64,000 bases of DNA, from IMG/VR virus record IMGVR_UViG_3300047323_000477, positions 304-64,303 of that record. One strand, 5' to 3'. Source of the stretch: a virus (taxonomy: Duplodnaviria > Caudoviricetes). The translations under genes and the position numbers were made by a program. Shown one piece after another: positions 10,116 through 18,656 of the stretch. Each line of letters starts with the position of its first letter. The stretch's first letter is position 1. The notes under the pieces are model-generated. The model was not told the origin of the DNA, made no database searches, and saw nothing but the letters and a program-made list of their open reading frames with translations.

Positions 10116-10243
10116 CCGGTCGGGGTTCGCGTAGCCCCGTTTCTTGATCGAACTATCCCCGTTCCCCACGGCGAAGACCCATACCCATCAGTACGCCCCA
10201 CGCATCCGTAACCCACCGTCACCTATCGCCCTTGGGGGCCCTC

Positions 10244-10504
10244 ATGCTCCGTAAACGCCTCAGACGCCTCCGCGGAAGCGTCAACGACCTCAGCACCATC
10301 GTTTACCTGTCCGTACTCGTCGGCGTCCTATTCCCCGCCGGGGCAGCGTGGCTGCTTCTCGTCCGCCCGACCCGGCCGGCGATTTGGGTGCACATCGCCC
10401 TGGCAGTCGGCGTGGGCGTGGCCATGGCGCTGCTCGCCAACCTGGCCGAATGGATCGTGGTCCGTTGGCGGAAGGCTGCGGCCCGCGCGAAGGCAGTGTC
10501 GTGA
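10244..10504 (+). CDS. Membrane protein (2 TM)
   Basis: Two hydrophobic segments. Confidence 0.65.
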   Translation: MLRKRLRRLRGSVNDLSTIVYLSVLVGVLFPAGAAWLLLVRPTRPAIWVHIALAVGVGVAMALLANLAEWIVVRWRKAAARAKAVS

Positions 10505-10698
10505 GCGCCGACCAGCAGCGGCTCCTCCGCCAACTCGAGGGCTGCCTGCGCCGCGGCCGCGCCAAGACGGACATCTGCTGGCAGCTCACCCAGGCCGGCA
10601 TGACGGCAGACGACATCTGGAAATTCGAGTGCACCGTCCGCCGCCGAATCCGCAAAGAACGCGCAGCCCGGACCCTCAACGCCCAGGAGGCAGCATGA
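10501..10698 (+). CDS. Small hypothetical protein
   Basis: GTGA/ATGA coupling on both sides. Confidence 0.6.
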   Translation: MSADQQRLLRQLEGCLRRGRAKTDICWQLTQAGMTADDIWKFECTVRRRIRKERAARTLNAQEAA

Positions 10699-11186
10699 CC
10701 AAGCAGACCGCCCCGCAGCCCGCCGAAGGCCTGCGCCAGCACCTTGCCGAGGCCATGGCGAAGGAGGCCGGGTCGAAGGCGTTCCGCGAATCCGGCCGCG
10801 AGTGGAACCAGATGCGGTCCGTATGGCTGGCCCACGCCGATGCCGCGGTGAATGCCCTGCACCGGTGGGAGGAGGAAGGGACCCTCGTCCGGCTGTGCAC
10901 CATCCCCGGGTGCTTCCGGCAGCTCAACATTGCCAAGGTCGAGCCCGGGTGGCTGCAGTCGTCCGCGGTCGGCTACATGTGCCCCGACCACGCTGCAGCC
11001 CTCTGGGGAGAGCCGGACGACCCGCGCGACCGCCACGTCCCAACCTGGCAGCGCCGTTTCACGGAGACGCGGCTGTACTGCTCGTGCGGGTGGGACGCAG
11101 GCAAGACCCGGTTCCGCGGCCACGGCACCACCCTGTGGCAGGCCCACGCCCTCGAGGTCCTCGACACCCAGGAGACCGCAGCATGA
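10695..11186 (+). CDS. Cys/His-rich hypothetical protein
   Basis: RBS GGAGG; CTIPGC, CPDH and CSCGW motifs. Confidence 0.72.
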   Translation: MTKQTAPQPAEGLRQHLAEAMAKEAGSKAFRESGREWNQMRSVWLAHADAAVNALHRWEEEGTLVRLCTIPGCFRQLNIAKVEPGWLQSSAVGYMCPDHAAALWGEPDDPRDRHVPTWQRRFTETRLYCSCGWDAGKTRFRGHGTTLWQAHALEVLDTQETAA

Positions 11187-11674
11187 GCGAGCAGGTCGAA
11201 CAGTCCACCGAAGAGCAGCTGCAGCACTGGCACGCCGAGCTCGCCCGCGTCCTGCAGGCCAATAAGGCGTTGCCGTGGCCGACCCTCATCGAGTGGGCGG
11301 AGGAGTCCAACGAGTGGGCTCTGAAGGCCGCGACACGGTCTGGACGGAAACGGCTCGCCGGGCTGGAGCAGCGCGCGAAGGATGCCGAAGCGGCACTGAA
11401 GACGCAGACGGCTGAGCTCGATCGGGTTCGGAAGAATCTCGCGCTGACGCAGCAGGCGGTGTTCGCGTTGACGGACATGGTGGAGAACGCAGCGTATGAC
11501 CGGACGTGGCCGGACGACCGTGAGAGGCCTGCCGACGTGGCGCGCGAGGTCGAGAGGGCTGTTGCCGCTGAGCGGGAGAAGACCCGTGTTGTCGAGGCCC
11601 AGTTCGGTGAGGCGGCCGAGCGGTGGCGTGCCCAGCGGGTGCTGCTGGAGAAGGCGGTGCGCGGTGAGGCGTGA
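11183..11674 (+). CDS. Coiled-coil hypothetical protein
   Basis: RBS AGGAG; ATGA coupling. Confidence 0.7.
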   Translation: MSEQVEQSTEEQLQHWHAELARVLQANKALPWPTLIEWAEESNEWALKAATRSGRKRLAGLEQRAKDAEAALKTQTAELDRVRKNLALTQQAVFALTDMVENAAYDRTWPDDRERPADVAREVERAVAAEREKTRVVEAQFGEAAERWRAQRVLLEKAVRGEA

Positions 11675-12320
11675 GAACTCTGCGGCCGCGCAGGCTGCTG
11701 CCATCCGGGCGGGTGCCCGTCGTGGCCCGTGGCGGCGTCTCCTGGTCCTCCTGGGGGTTCGTACCCCGGGGATGCGTAGGGCGGACTCCCGGGCGTTCCT
11801 GTGGGGCCACGGGGCGGAAGGCGAGGCGGTCACAGCGCGAATGCTGGCCGCGCTCGAGGCCCGAGGGTGGGCGATACGGCACGACCGTCGATTACGCGGC
11901 CGCCGCTTCAACCTCGATCACGTCCTGGTACCCCCGTGCGGGACGGCGGCGGTGGTCCTGGATACGAAGCGTTGGCACCGCGGCCGCACCACCGACCTGG
12001 TGAACGGCCGGGTCCACTGCGGTACGGAGGACCGGCACACGCAGGTCCAGAGGGTTGCCGAGTACGCGCTGCTCGTCGACCAGGCCCTGAAACTGCCGGA
12101 CGTGGCGGTGTGGCCGCTTCTCGTGGTGCACGGGTCACCGGTGGCCGGCGGGCAGCTCGAGGCCCGGGTGAACGGCTGGGATGGTCCTGTGTTCGTGCTG
12201 GGCCCGGAGCTGCTGCTCCCGCGCTTGGCGGGCGCACCGAAGGGCTGGGATCCGCGTCGGGCTCAGGCGGTGGCGGACCGGGTCGATTCGGTGCTTCTGC
12301 CGTACACGGAGGGCGCCTGA
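11664..12320 (+). CDS. NERD-domain nuclease-like protein
   Basis: WGHGAEGEAVTARML...HD...NLDHVLV...VLDTKRW; contains an in-frame TTA codon at 11892. Confidence 0.85.
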   Translation: MRRENSAAAQAAAIRAGARRGPWRRLLVLLGVRTPGMRRADSRAFLWGHGAEGEAVTARMLAALEARGWAIRHDRRLRGRRFNLDHVLVPPCGTAAVVLDTKRWHRGRTTDLVNGRVHCGTEDRHTQVQRVAEYALLVDQALKLPDVAVWPLLVVHGSPVAGGQLEARVNGWDGPVFVLGPELLLPRLAGAPKGWDPRRAQAVADRVDSVLLPYTEGA

Positions 12321-12521
12321 GACATACGGTGGCCTGGCTGGCTATGGGCCCACCAGGCCAGCGGCCCGTTGTCCCTGGGGGGATGACGGGCCGCTTTTGT
12401 GCGTTGTCTGGTGGCCTCGCAGACGGGGGTGCCGCGAGGCCGGGTCCAGTCTGGCAGGGGCTGGCGGGATTGTTCGGCGCGCCATTGGATTCCGATATTC
12501 GAACAGTCGTAGCATCGGTGC

Positions 12522-12623
12522 GTGCCCACGAACGACGCCTATGACTTCCCCCAGGACCTCCTGGACGCTCAGCTCGCCCTCCACGAGACCCGTGCCGCCC
12601 ACGAGCAGCCGGCCGAGGCGTAG
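12522..12623 (+). pseudogene. Short or truncated ORF (33 aa)
   Basis: YDFPQDLLDAQLAL resembles the N-terminus of longer Streptomyces proteins but stops early. Confidence 0.35.
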
Positions 12624-12625
12624 CC

Positions 12626-12955
12626 GTGTCCGACCCATCACAGATCTCTGACCTCGACAAAAACCGGGCTCTGGCTGAATGGCTCGAGTGGCAGCTGCGC
12701 CAGGTCCGGAACCGGATCCGGGAGCTTGAGGTCAAGGAGCAGCAGGAGCAGCGTGCGCGGGAGCGGGCTCGGGCGGAGATGTCGTGGAAGATTCAGCCGC
12801 AGCGGGGTGGGATGGCGGCGATGCTGCACCGCGGGGGCTGCTCGACGTACAGCGAGCAGTTCGGTTTCATCAACCGCGAGGAGGCGATCATCGCGTTGGG
12901 CGAGCCGGATATTGAGTCGTGCCCGATCTGCACCCCGGAGACGGGGCTGACGTAG
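12626..12955 (+). CDS. DUF6233 domain protein
   Basis: LHRGGC...REEAIIALGEPDIESCPICTPETGL. Confidence 0.82.
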   Translation: MSDPSQISDLDKNRALAEWLEWQLRQVRNRIRELEVKEQQEQRARERARAEMSWKIQPQRGGMAAMLHRGGCSTYSEQFGFINREEAIIALGEPDIESCPICTPETGLT

Positions 12956-12957
12956 CA

Positions 12958-12997
12958 GCGCCCCCGCTTGGCCTCTTGGCCGCGGGGGCGTTCTTTG
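12958..12997. terminator. Terminator at the convergence of the two early arms
   Basis: GCGCCCCCGC...GCGGGGGCGT hairpin followed by TCTTT. Confidence 0.7.
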
Positions 12998-13036
12998 TCG
13001 TTGGGGCCCAGCGTGGCATGCGGCACTGACAGCGGC

Positions 13037-13252
13037 TCAGGAGGCGTCTCGGCGCCATCGGCGGATGGCTCGGGCTACCTGGTCACCTATCTGGGCGGGC
13101 GAGCCGGCGGGGCGAACGTCGACCTTCACGCGGGTATCGTTCTCCGCTTCTTCCCATGGGGCGGGGCGAAGTGCTAGTTGCCCGTACGGTCCGTACTCCC
13201 ACCAGTACGGCTTGTCGAACAGCCACACGATGCGGTTGGTGTCGTGGTTCAT
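13037..13252 (-). CDS. Small hypothetical protein
   Basis: ATGA-coupled; C-terminus AQIGDQVARAIRR resembles that of the upstream gene. Confidence 0.6.
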   Translation of the reverse strand: MNHDTNRIVWLFDKPYWWEYGPYGQLALRPAPWEEAENDTRVKVDVRPAGSPAQIGDQVARAIRRWRRDAS

Positions 13253-13620
13253 GCGTCACCGCGGCGGGCGCGACGCACCGCCCGGCCGATCTGCGCGCCA
13301 AGCTCAGTAGCGTCACCACCGGGGTTGACGACGACATCCACAGGTTGCACAACCTCGAGGACGTGCCAGACCAGGTTGCCGTTGGGCGCGAGGACGGTTC
13401 CAACGTGCCAGGTACCGGGAGAGATGGGGTGTCCGGTGCCGGTGACGGTGAACTCGCGGACGATCGAGCAGGACGACGTGGGGGCGTAGGCCCAGAACTC
13501 GACCCTGTCGCCCTGGCGGCACGCGAAGTGCAGGGGGCCTTGGCCGATGGTGAACCTGTGGGTCAGGCCGTCGATGGGGATCTCGTAGCGGTGGATGACG
13601 TCGGGCTGGGAAGGGCTCAT
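13249..13620 (-). CDS. Hypothetical phage protein
   Basis: IHRYEIP...VEFWA...FTVTGTGHPI...HVGT...LVWHV, a conserved phage family pattern. Confidence 0.75.
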   Translation of the reverse strand: MSPSQPDVIHRYEIPIDGLTHRFTIGQGPLHFACRQGDRVEFWAYAPTSSCSIVREFTVTGTGHPISPGTWHVGTVLAPNGNLVWHVLEVVQPVDVVVNPGGDATELGAQIGRAVRRARRGDA

Positions 13621-13698
13621 GCATCCATGCTGGCCCCGGCAGCCTGGTTCGTTGCCCCTGGTCGGGGTGCGGGCCGACGCAGGGGGACGGGCGGTGGT

Positions 13699-14748
13699 TC
13701 AGCCCTGCCAGGTGCCGCGGAGTGCTGCGGTGATGAAGCCCGGCCCGTAGGCGACGGCGACACCGGTGGCCCCGGCCGCTGGGGGTGTGGTGTGGGTGCG
13801 CTCGAGGATCCGCAGCACGCTGACGCCGCCAAGGTTGCCTTCGTCGGCGAGGGTGTCCGTGCTGTGCCGGGTGTCGTGGGCGTCGAGGCCCAACGCGGTG
13901 GCGGTGTCGGTGATGATGCGGGCGCTGCCGGGGTGGATGGCCGCCCAGTCGACGATGCGGGGTCCGAGCCAGTGCAGGAGGTGGGGCAGGACGTCGTCGG
14001 CGGCGGTCAACGCGGCCTTCGTGGAGTCGAAGTGGAAGCCGGTGTGGTCGACGCGCCCGTTGTATCGGGTGAGGCTGCCTGGGAGGACGTGTTCGTACGT
14101 GTCCGCCGGTCCGTCGACGCGGAGGCCTGGGCCGAGGGGTTGGCTGGTGACGAGGACGGCTGCGGCGGAGTCCCCGAACAACGCCTTGTAGATCATGTGC
14201 TCGACGTCGGTGTCCTGGTGGTTGTACACCGCGGAGATTACCTCTGAGGCAACAACGAGGACGGTGGTGCCGGGTCGGGCGGTGACCATGTCGACGGCCC
14301 GGATCAGTCCTTGGGTGCCGCCGGCGCACGCCATGGTGGTGAGGGCGATGCGGGAGACGTTGGGGCGGAGGCCGAGCCGGTCGACGAGGTGGATGTCCAA
14401 ATTGGGGACGGACCAGCCGGTGGAGTGCGTCGTGATGATGGCGTCGACGTCGGTGGGGCGTACTTGGTGGGTGGTGAGGGTGTGGCGGGCTGCTTGCTCG
14501 GCGAGGTCGAGGGCGTCGCCGAACGCGGTGCGGGCCCGTTCTGCGATCCCGGCGGTGCCGGACACGGTGGGGGCGTCGAGGGGGCGGGTGAAGTACCGGG
14601 TGTTCACACCGGTGTTGTTGACGATGCGGAGGATGGCAGGCAGGCGCGGGTGGTCGGGGTGGTGGGTGCGGATGTCTTCGGCGATGTCGCTGGTGTTCAC
14701 CTTGTTGTCGGGGAACACGGTGCTGGGGCGGTTTATGTAGGCGGGCAC
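13699..14748 (-). CDS. Type III polyketide synthase (germicidin/violapyrone synthase- or PhlD-like)
   Basis: Intact catalytic triad Cys (MACAGG), His (AIHPGS), Asn (EGNLGG); ALFGDSAAA and YGPG motifs; RBS GGAGG before the GTG at 14748. Confidence 0.95.
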   Translation of the reverse strand: MPAYINRPSTVFPDNKVNTSDIAEDIRTHHPDHPRLPAILRIVNNTGVNTRYFTRPLDAPTVSGTAGIAERARTAFGDALDLAEQAARHTLTTHQVRPTDVDAIITTHSTGWSVPNLDIHLVDRLGLRPNVSRIALTTMACAGGTQGLIRAVDMVTARPGTTVLVVASEVISAVYNHQDTDVEHMIYKALFGDSAAAVLVTSQPLGPGLRVDGPADTYEHVLPGSLTRYNGRVDHTGFHFDSTKAALTAADDVLPHLLHWLGPRIVDWAAIHPGSARIITDTATALGLDAHDTRHSTDTLADEGNLGGVSVLRILERTHTTPPAAGATGVAVAYGPGFITAALRGTWQG

Positions 14749-14836
14749 GACGTTCCTCCGGCAGGCAGGGTCCAGCTGCGGTGTGGGGGCTGCGCCCAAC
14801 CTACGGCACCGTAGGGCCGGTATTGCCCCTGCTCAG

Positions 14837-14880
14837 GGCATTGCAAGGAACAGACCCCCCGTTCTGTTCTTTGCAATGCC
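14837..14880. promoter_or_regulatory. 18-bp-arm inverted repeat between the regulator and the PKS (operator or terminator)
   Basis: GGCATTGCAAGGAACAGA-N8-TCTGTTCTTTGCAATGCC, one mismatch. Confidence 0.7.
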
Positions 14881-14893
14881 TTGACGTGCCAGG

Positions 14894-15715
14894 TCAGTAG
14901 GCACGGAGCATGTGAGTCCGGATATGGGCGCGTCTCTTCCCGGGATGGAACACGAGAACAATCAGGCGGGCGCCGGGCGCCGTCATCGGCTCCGCGGCGC
15001 ACATCGTGACCCATCCCGGCCCGTCGATGGCGTGGAGAAGGGGGCGTTCGTCACCGTCGGGATGTATGTGCGCACCGCCGGCATCCCAGATCGGCGCACA
15101 CTCCGGGTCGGCCAGGACTTCCTTCTCCAGCTGCTGGAGCGTCTCGTCGTCGGGGCGCGCGGCGAGCGCGGCCCGCAGCTGGGGCAGGACCAACGGCGCC
15201 CAGGAGGTCGCCCAGTCCGTCAGTGTGTTCCGCCCGTCGGGGTCGAAGAGCATCCACCGCATGGTGTTCGTCGGGACACGGCAGCCGGGGAACAGGCGGG
15301 CGAACGGGGCGTTGTACGCGATCAGTTCCCACGACGCGTCCGTCACGTAGGCCATGTGCCGCATTCCGTCGACGGCCTCCTGCCACACCCCGGGGATCTC
15401 TTTCCCGGAGCGGGGGGTGAGCGGGCCGGGCGGGTTACCGATCCCCGCGTACCGGCACAGCGACACCCACTCCTGCTCGTTCAGCGCGAACAGCGTGGCA
15501 ATGTCACGCAGGAGGTCGGCCGGCGGGTTCGGGTAGGACCCGGACTCGAGCCTGCGGTACGTCCCGAGGGTTCGGTGGCACAGCTGGTCGACCTGGTACT
15601 GGGTGAGCCCGGGGGCGCGCCGCCCTTGTCCGGTCGGGCGTTCGAACCCGTGCCCTTCCGGCTCGACGAGGGCACGGCGTTCCCTGAGGAGATCCCGTAG
15701 CGCCTTCTTGTTCAT
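14894..15715 (-). CDS. MmyB-family transcriptional regulator (XRE HTH plus PAS-like ligand-binding domain)
   Basis: LRDLLRERRA...GRRAPGLTQ..V...YRRLESG; AYVTDASWELIAYN...F...NTMRWMLF. Confidence 0.92.
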   Translation of the reverse strand: MNKKALRDLLRERRALVEPEGHGFERPTGQGRRAPGLTQYQVDQLCHRTLGTYRRLESGSYPNPPADLLRDIATLFALNEQEWVSLCRYAGIGNPPGPLTPRSGKEIPGVWQEAVDGMRHMAYVTDASWELIAYNAPFARLFPGCRVPTNTMRWMLFDPDGRNTLTDWATSWAPLVLPQLRAALAARPDDETLQQLEKEVLADPECAPIWDAGGAHIHPDGDERPLLHAIDGPGWVTMCAAEPMTAPGARLIVLVFHPGKRRAHIRTHMLRAY

Positions 15716-16174
15716 CGTGTGAAATCCCCCATGTATAGGTCACGTTGCGCACCACGAACCCTATTTACGTGCATGGTTCTTGGCGATAAAAACCGACAGT
15801 AGAAAACCAACACTTGACCCGCCATGCTCTCTGGTGTGGGGCACTGGCCTGCGGTCCTTCCGGACCGTGAACACAGTGCTACACGCGCAGGATTCTTGAC
15901 TAGACCGCTCCCTGAAAAGGGCCGGTTTACCTCTAGGGCAAGAATTCCTGCATCCCGCCGGAACGGTGGCGGGAAGGAACGGAGGCGTCTCGTATTCCGT
16001 CTTTCAGGGGCGGAGCTTCGCAGCACGAGCGTCCTCTGCACTTCCCCGTTGTTGTTCCTGGGGCCGCCGACTGTGGTCGGTGCCGTCACTTCCGCCATGT
16101 GCGGCCACGGCACCGGCCGCACCCATTTCACGGCCCATCAGACGCCCGCGGTTCCAGCGGGGCGCAGGACGTTC

Positions 16175-16777
16175 TCACTCGCCGGCCTTCGTAGTGGTGG
16201 GCTGCTGCGGCTGGTCGAGGGCTTGGACCGTCGGGCACGGGTAGGGCAGCGGGGTGCCGTAGCTGTCGTGGCAGTGGGCGCAGCTTCCGGGATCGGCATT
16301 CCAGCGCTGGTGCAGTTCCCGCACGCGTTCGATGGCGGCCTCGGCGGTGCGGGCGCGCTTCTCCTCTGCGGTGCGCGCTGCCCGCTCGCTCTCCCGGTCG
16401 GCGAGGACGGCATCCAGGCGCTTCGAGTTGAGTCGCAGGGCTTCGGCGGTGCGGCAGGCCGCCTGCTGCACGCGGTTCCGCTCGGCCTCGGCCTCCTCGG
16501 CACGCTTCCCGTTCTCGATGGCGCGGTCGGCGTACTGCGCGGCCATGCGCACGGCCTGGCCCGGCTCGCTGCTCGCGGCAACGAGGAGCTTCAGCCGCTC
16601 CATCTCTCGGTCCCGGACTTCGGCGAGCTCCTTGGCGATCCAGTCGACCCACTCGTTGATGCGCTGAGTTCCGCCGGGGCCGTCGAGTTCGGCGTCCTGG
16701 AGGCCCATGAGCATGTTGGGGCGGATCGCTGCCGCGTACCGCTCGCGCACGGCGTCGGCTGTCGGCTGGTCGGTCAC
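16175..16777 (-). CDS. Coiled-coil hypothetical protein with C-terminal Zn motif
   Basis: RBS GGAGG; RVRELH...CAHC...YPCPTVQAL. Confidence 0.72.
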   Translation of the reverse strand: MTDQPTADAVRERYAAAIRPNMLMGLQDAELDGPGGTQRINEWVDWIAKELAEVRDREMERLKLLVAASSEPGQAVRMAAQYADRAIENGKRAEEAEAERNRVQQAACRTAEALRLNSKRLDAVLADRESERAARTAEEKRARTAEAAIERVRELHQRWNADPGSCAHCHDSYGTPLPYPCPTVQALDQPQQPTTTKAGE

Positions 16778-16959
16778 TTCTTCCTCCGTGCTGCTGCTCG
16801 CCGGTTGGCCCGGTTGGCGGGGGCCGGTGCTGGTAGGACCTCCACGTCGGCAAGGGCGCCAGGGTCTGCGTCGTAGTGTTCGCCGGACGCTGGGACGAAC
16901 ACGGTCTCCACCCGGGTTATGAGGCGCTCTCCGCGCGGGACGCTGCTCGGTCCGGTCAT
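16774..16959 (-). CDS. Small hypothetical protein
   Basis: Coupled ORF; ends NRANRRAAARRKK. Confidence 0.6.
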   Translation of the reverse strand: MTGPSSVPRGERLITRVETVFVPASGEHYDADPGALADVEVLPAPAPANRANRRAAARRKK

Positions 16960-17342
16960 CGGGTGGTCTCCTCGGGCTTCGGTTCGGCAAGGGCATCGGC
17001 CACGGTGTACCCGCGGTACTGCAGCGTCGGGGCGGCCTCCTTGGCGAGGCGCAGCGCCGTGTCGTGGTCGAAGTGGTGCGCGGCAGTCCACGCCTCCTGC
17101 TCCTTGTCGTGCAGCTCCTGCTCCGCATCGGTGGCCGGCCCTTCGATGTGGCCGCTCCACTCGAAGCCCCACGACCAGGTGCCGTCGGCGCCGAGGAGTT
17201 GGCTGCGCTGGATGACGGCCCACCGGCCCGCGGCGCGGCGTTCGACTTGGATGGTGAAGAGGTCCCAGTCGACGTGGCCTTCGGGGAGGCAGGACACGAG
17301 GTACTTCCACGGCTGGACGGACGGCTCGGGGAGCTCGGTCAT
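16956..17342 (-). CDS. Hypothetical phage protein
   Basis: RBS GAGGAG; ATGA coupling. Confidence 0.72.
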   Translation of the reverse strand: MTELPEPSVQPWKYLVSCLPEGHVDWDLFTIQVERRAAGRWAVIQRSQLLGADGTWSWGFEWSGHIEGPATDAEQELHDKEQEAWTAAHHFDHDTALRLAKEAAPTLQYRGYTVADALAEPKPEETTR

Positions 17343-17752
17343 CGGGTCGTCTCCTCGGGGGTGCCGAGGATCTTCCGGGCCACGGTCAGAGCGGTCTGCC
17401 ACATGCCGTAACCGGGCTCGTTATCCCGGTACGGCGCCAGCCAGGCCAGCGCGTTGGCGGTTTCGTCGAGCCAGTCCGCTACCGGGTCGGCGAGTCCGGC
17501 GAGTCGGCCCTGGATCTGCGGTGCCACGGCGCGCAGGGTGTCGGCCGCCTGCTGGAGTTCAACCGCGGCCGGCCATGTGGTGCGGCGCCGGTCGACGGGT
17601 GCAGGATGGACGGCGGCTCGGACTTCGGCGGCGTGAGCATCGAGGAGGGCGTTGGTCTTCTCCTCGCCCGCCCCGTAGCTCTCGGAGGTCGGGTTCCACT
17701 CGGGCCACATCAGCTCGCTGTACACAGCGTTGCGGGCCGGCTGGTCGCTCAT
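17339..17752 (-). CDS. Hypothetical phage protein
   Basis: RBS GAGGAG; ATGA coupling. Confidence 0.7.
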   Translation of the reverse strand: MSDQPARNAVYSELMWPEWNPTSESYGAGEEKTNALLDAHAAEVRAAVHPAPVDRRRTTWPAAVELQQAADTLRAVAPQIQGRLAGLADPVADWLDETANALAWLAPYRDNEPGYGMWQTALTVARKILGTPEETTR

Positions 17753-18066
17753 CGGGTTGTCTCCTCGGTTGTGGTGGCCTGCTGGGCGATGCCGGCCAGC
17801 CAGTCGGGCCAGGTGTCGACGGGGCCGTGGAAGTGCTGCCCGAGGGCGTGGTTGGTGAGGGTGTCGTCTGCCTTGCGCCAGTGCCCGTCGACGTAGGCGG
17901 CGATGCCGCTTTGGCGCGGGTGGTTCTCGGTGCGCCAGGTGATCGTGACCTTGGCGGGAATGATGAAGCCCTCGCCGTACTGGTTGGGCACATCGGGGTA
18001 GCCGACGGCGGCGAACGTCACGGAGTGACCTATGGCGGTCAGGGTGACGGCGGTGGGGCCGGTCAT
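17749..18066 (-). CDS. Hypothetical phage protein
   Basis: RBS GGAG; ATGA coupling. Confidence 0.7.
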   Translation of the reverse strand: MTGPTAVTLTAIGHSVTFAAVGYPDVPNQYGEGFIIPAKVTITWRTENHPRQSGIAAYVDGHWRKADDTLTNHALGQHFHGPVDTWPDWLAGIAQQATTTEETTR

Positions 18067-18656
18067 GCCGCGCTCCATTCGTCGCCCTCGGCGTCCCGGT
18101 AGACGAGCGTCGGCAGGGTGTACGTCGACCCCGTGTCTGCGATGGCCTTCCGGGCTCGCTCCTCGGACGGGTACTGCTGAACGCGGGTGACGCCGTAGTT
18201 GGTGGTTTGGGTGGCCCACTGGCGATTGCCGCGCCACAGGTACCAGCGGAGCTCGGTGGGCAGGTGACGGAACCAGGCGGCCTCAGTGGCGGACCCCGGA
18301 TACTGGCCGACCATTGTGGCTGCCGGGGCCACGCCAAGTGCCATGCCACATGAGCAGGACACCGCGACGTTCGACTTGTACCCGCACCCGTCAGTGATCG
18401 GTTGGTGGGGGTCGAACGCGGTCGGGTGCTCAGGACACAGGTGGACAGCGAACCGGCCGTAGCAGCGTTCGCTGTACGACAGGGCCTTCGGACGGCGGCC
18501 GCGGGGCGGGAACAGGGGGTCCTTTGTGATGGGAATGTGAGCGGTCGATTTGAGGGCGGTCCACCCGTCGGGCGGGGTGATGTTGTTGGAGCCGATGCCG
18601 TTGGCCTCGCAGTGCGGGGCGTCGCATCGGAACCGGGTCAGAGTCTCCGTGCTCAT
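18063..18656 (-). CDS. Cys-rich hypothetical protein
   Basis: RBS AAGGAGG; CDAPHC, LCPEH and CSCG motifs. Confidence 0.7.
   Translation of the reverse strand: MSTETLTRFRCDAPHCEANGIGSNNITPPDGWTALKSTAHIPITKDPLFPPRGRRPKALSYSERCYGRFAVHLCPEHPTAFDPHQPITDGCGYKSNVAVSCSCGMALGVAPAATMVGQYPGSATEAAWFRHLPTELRWYLWRGNRQWATQTTNYGVTRVQQYPSEERARKAIADTGSTYTLPTLVYRDAEGDEWSAA

Noticed and set aside
12495-12516. Possible LexA/SOS box (TTCGAAC) upstream of the DUF6233 gene
   Set aside because: Only a half-site; the GTTCGA arm is missing
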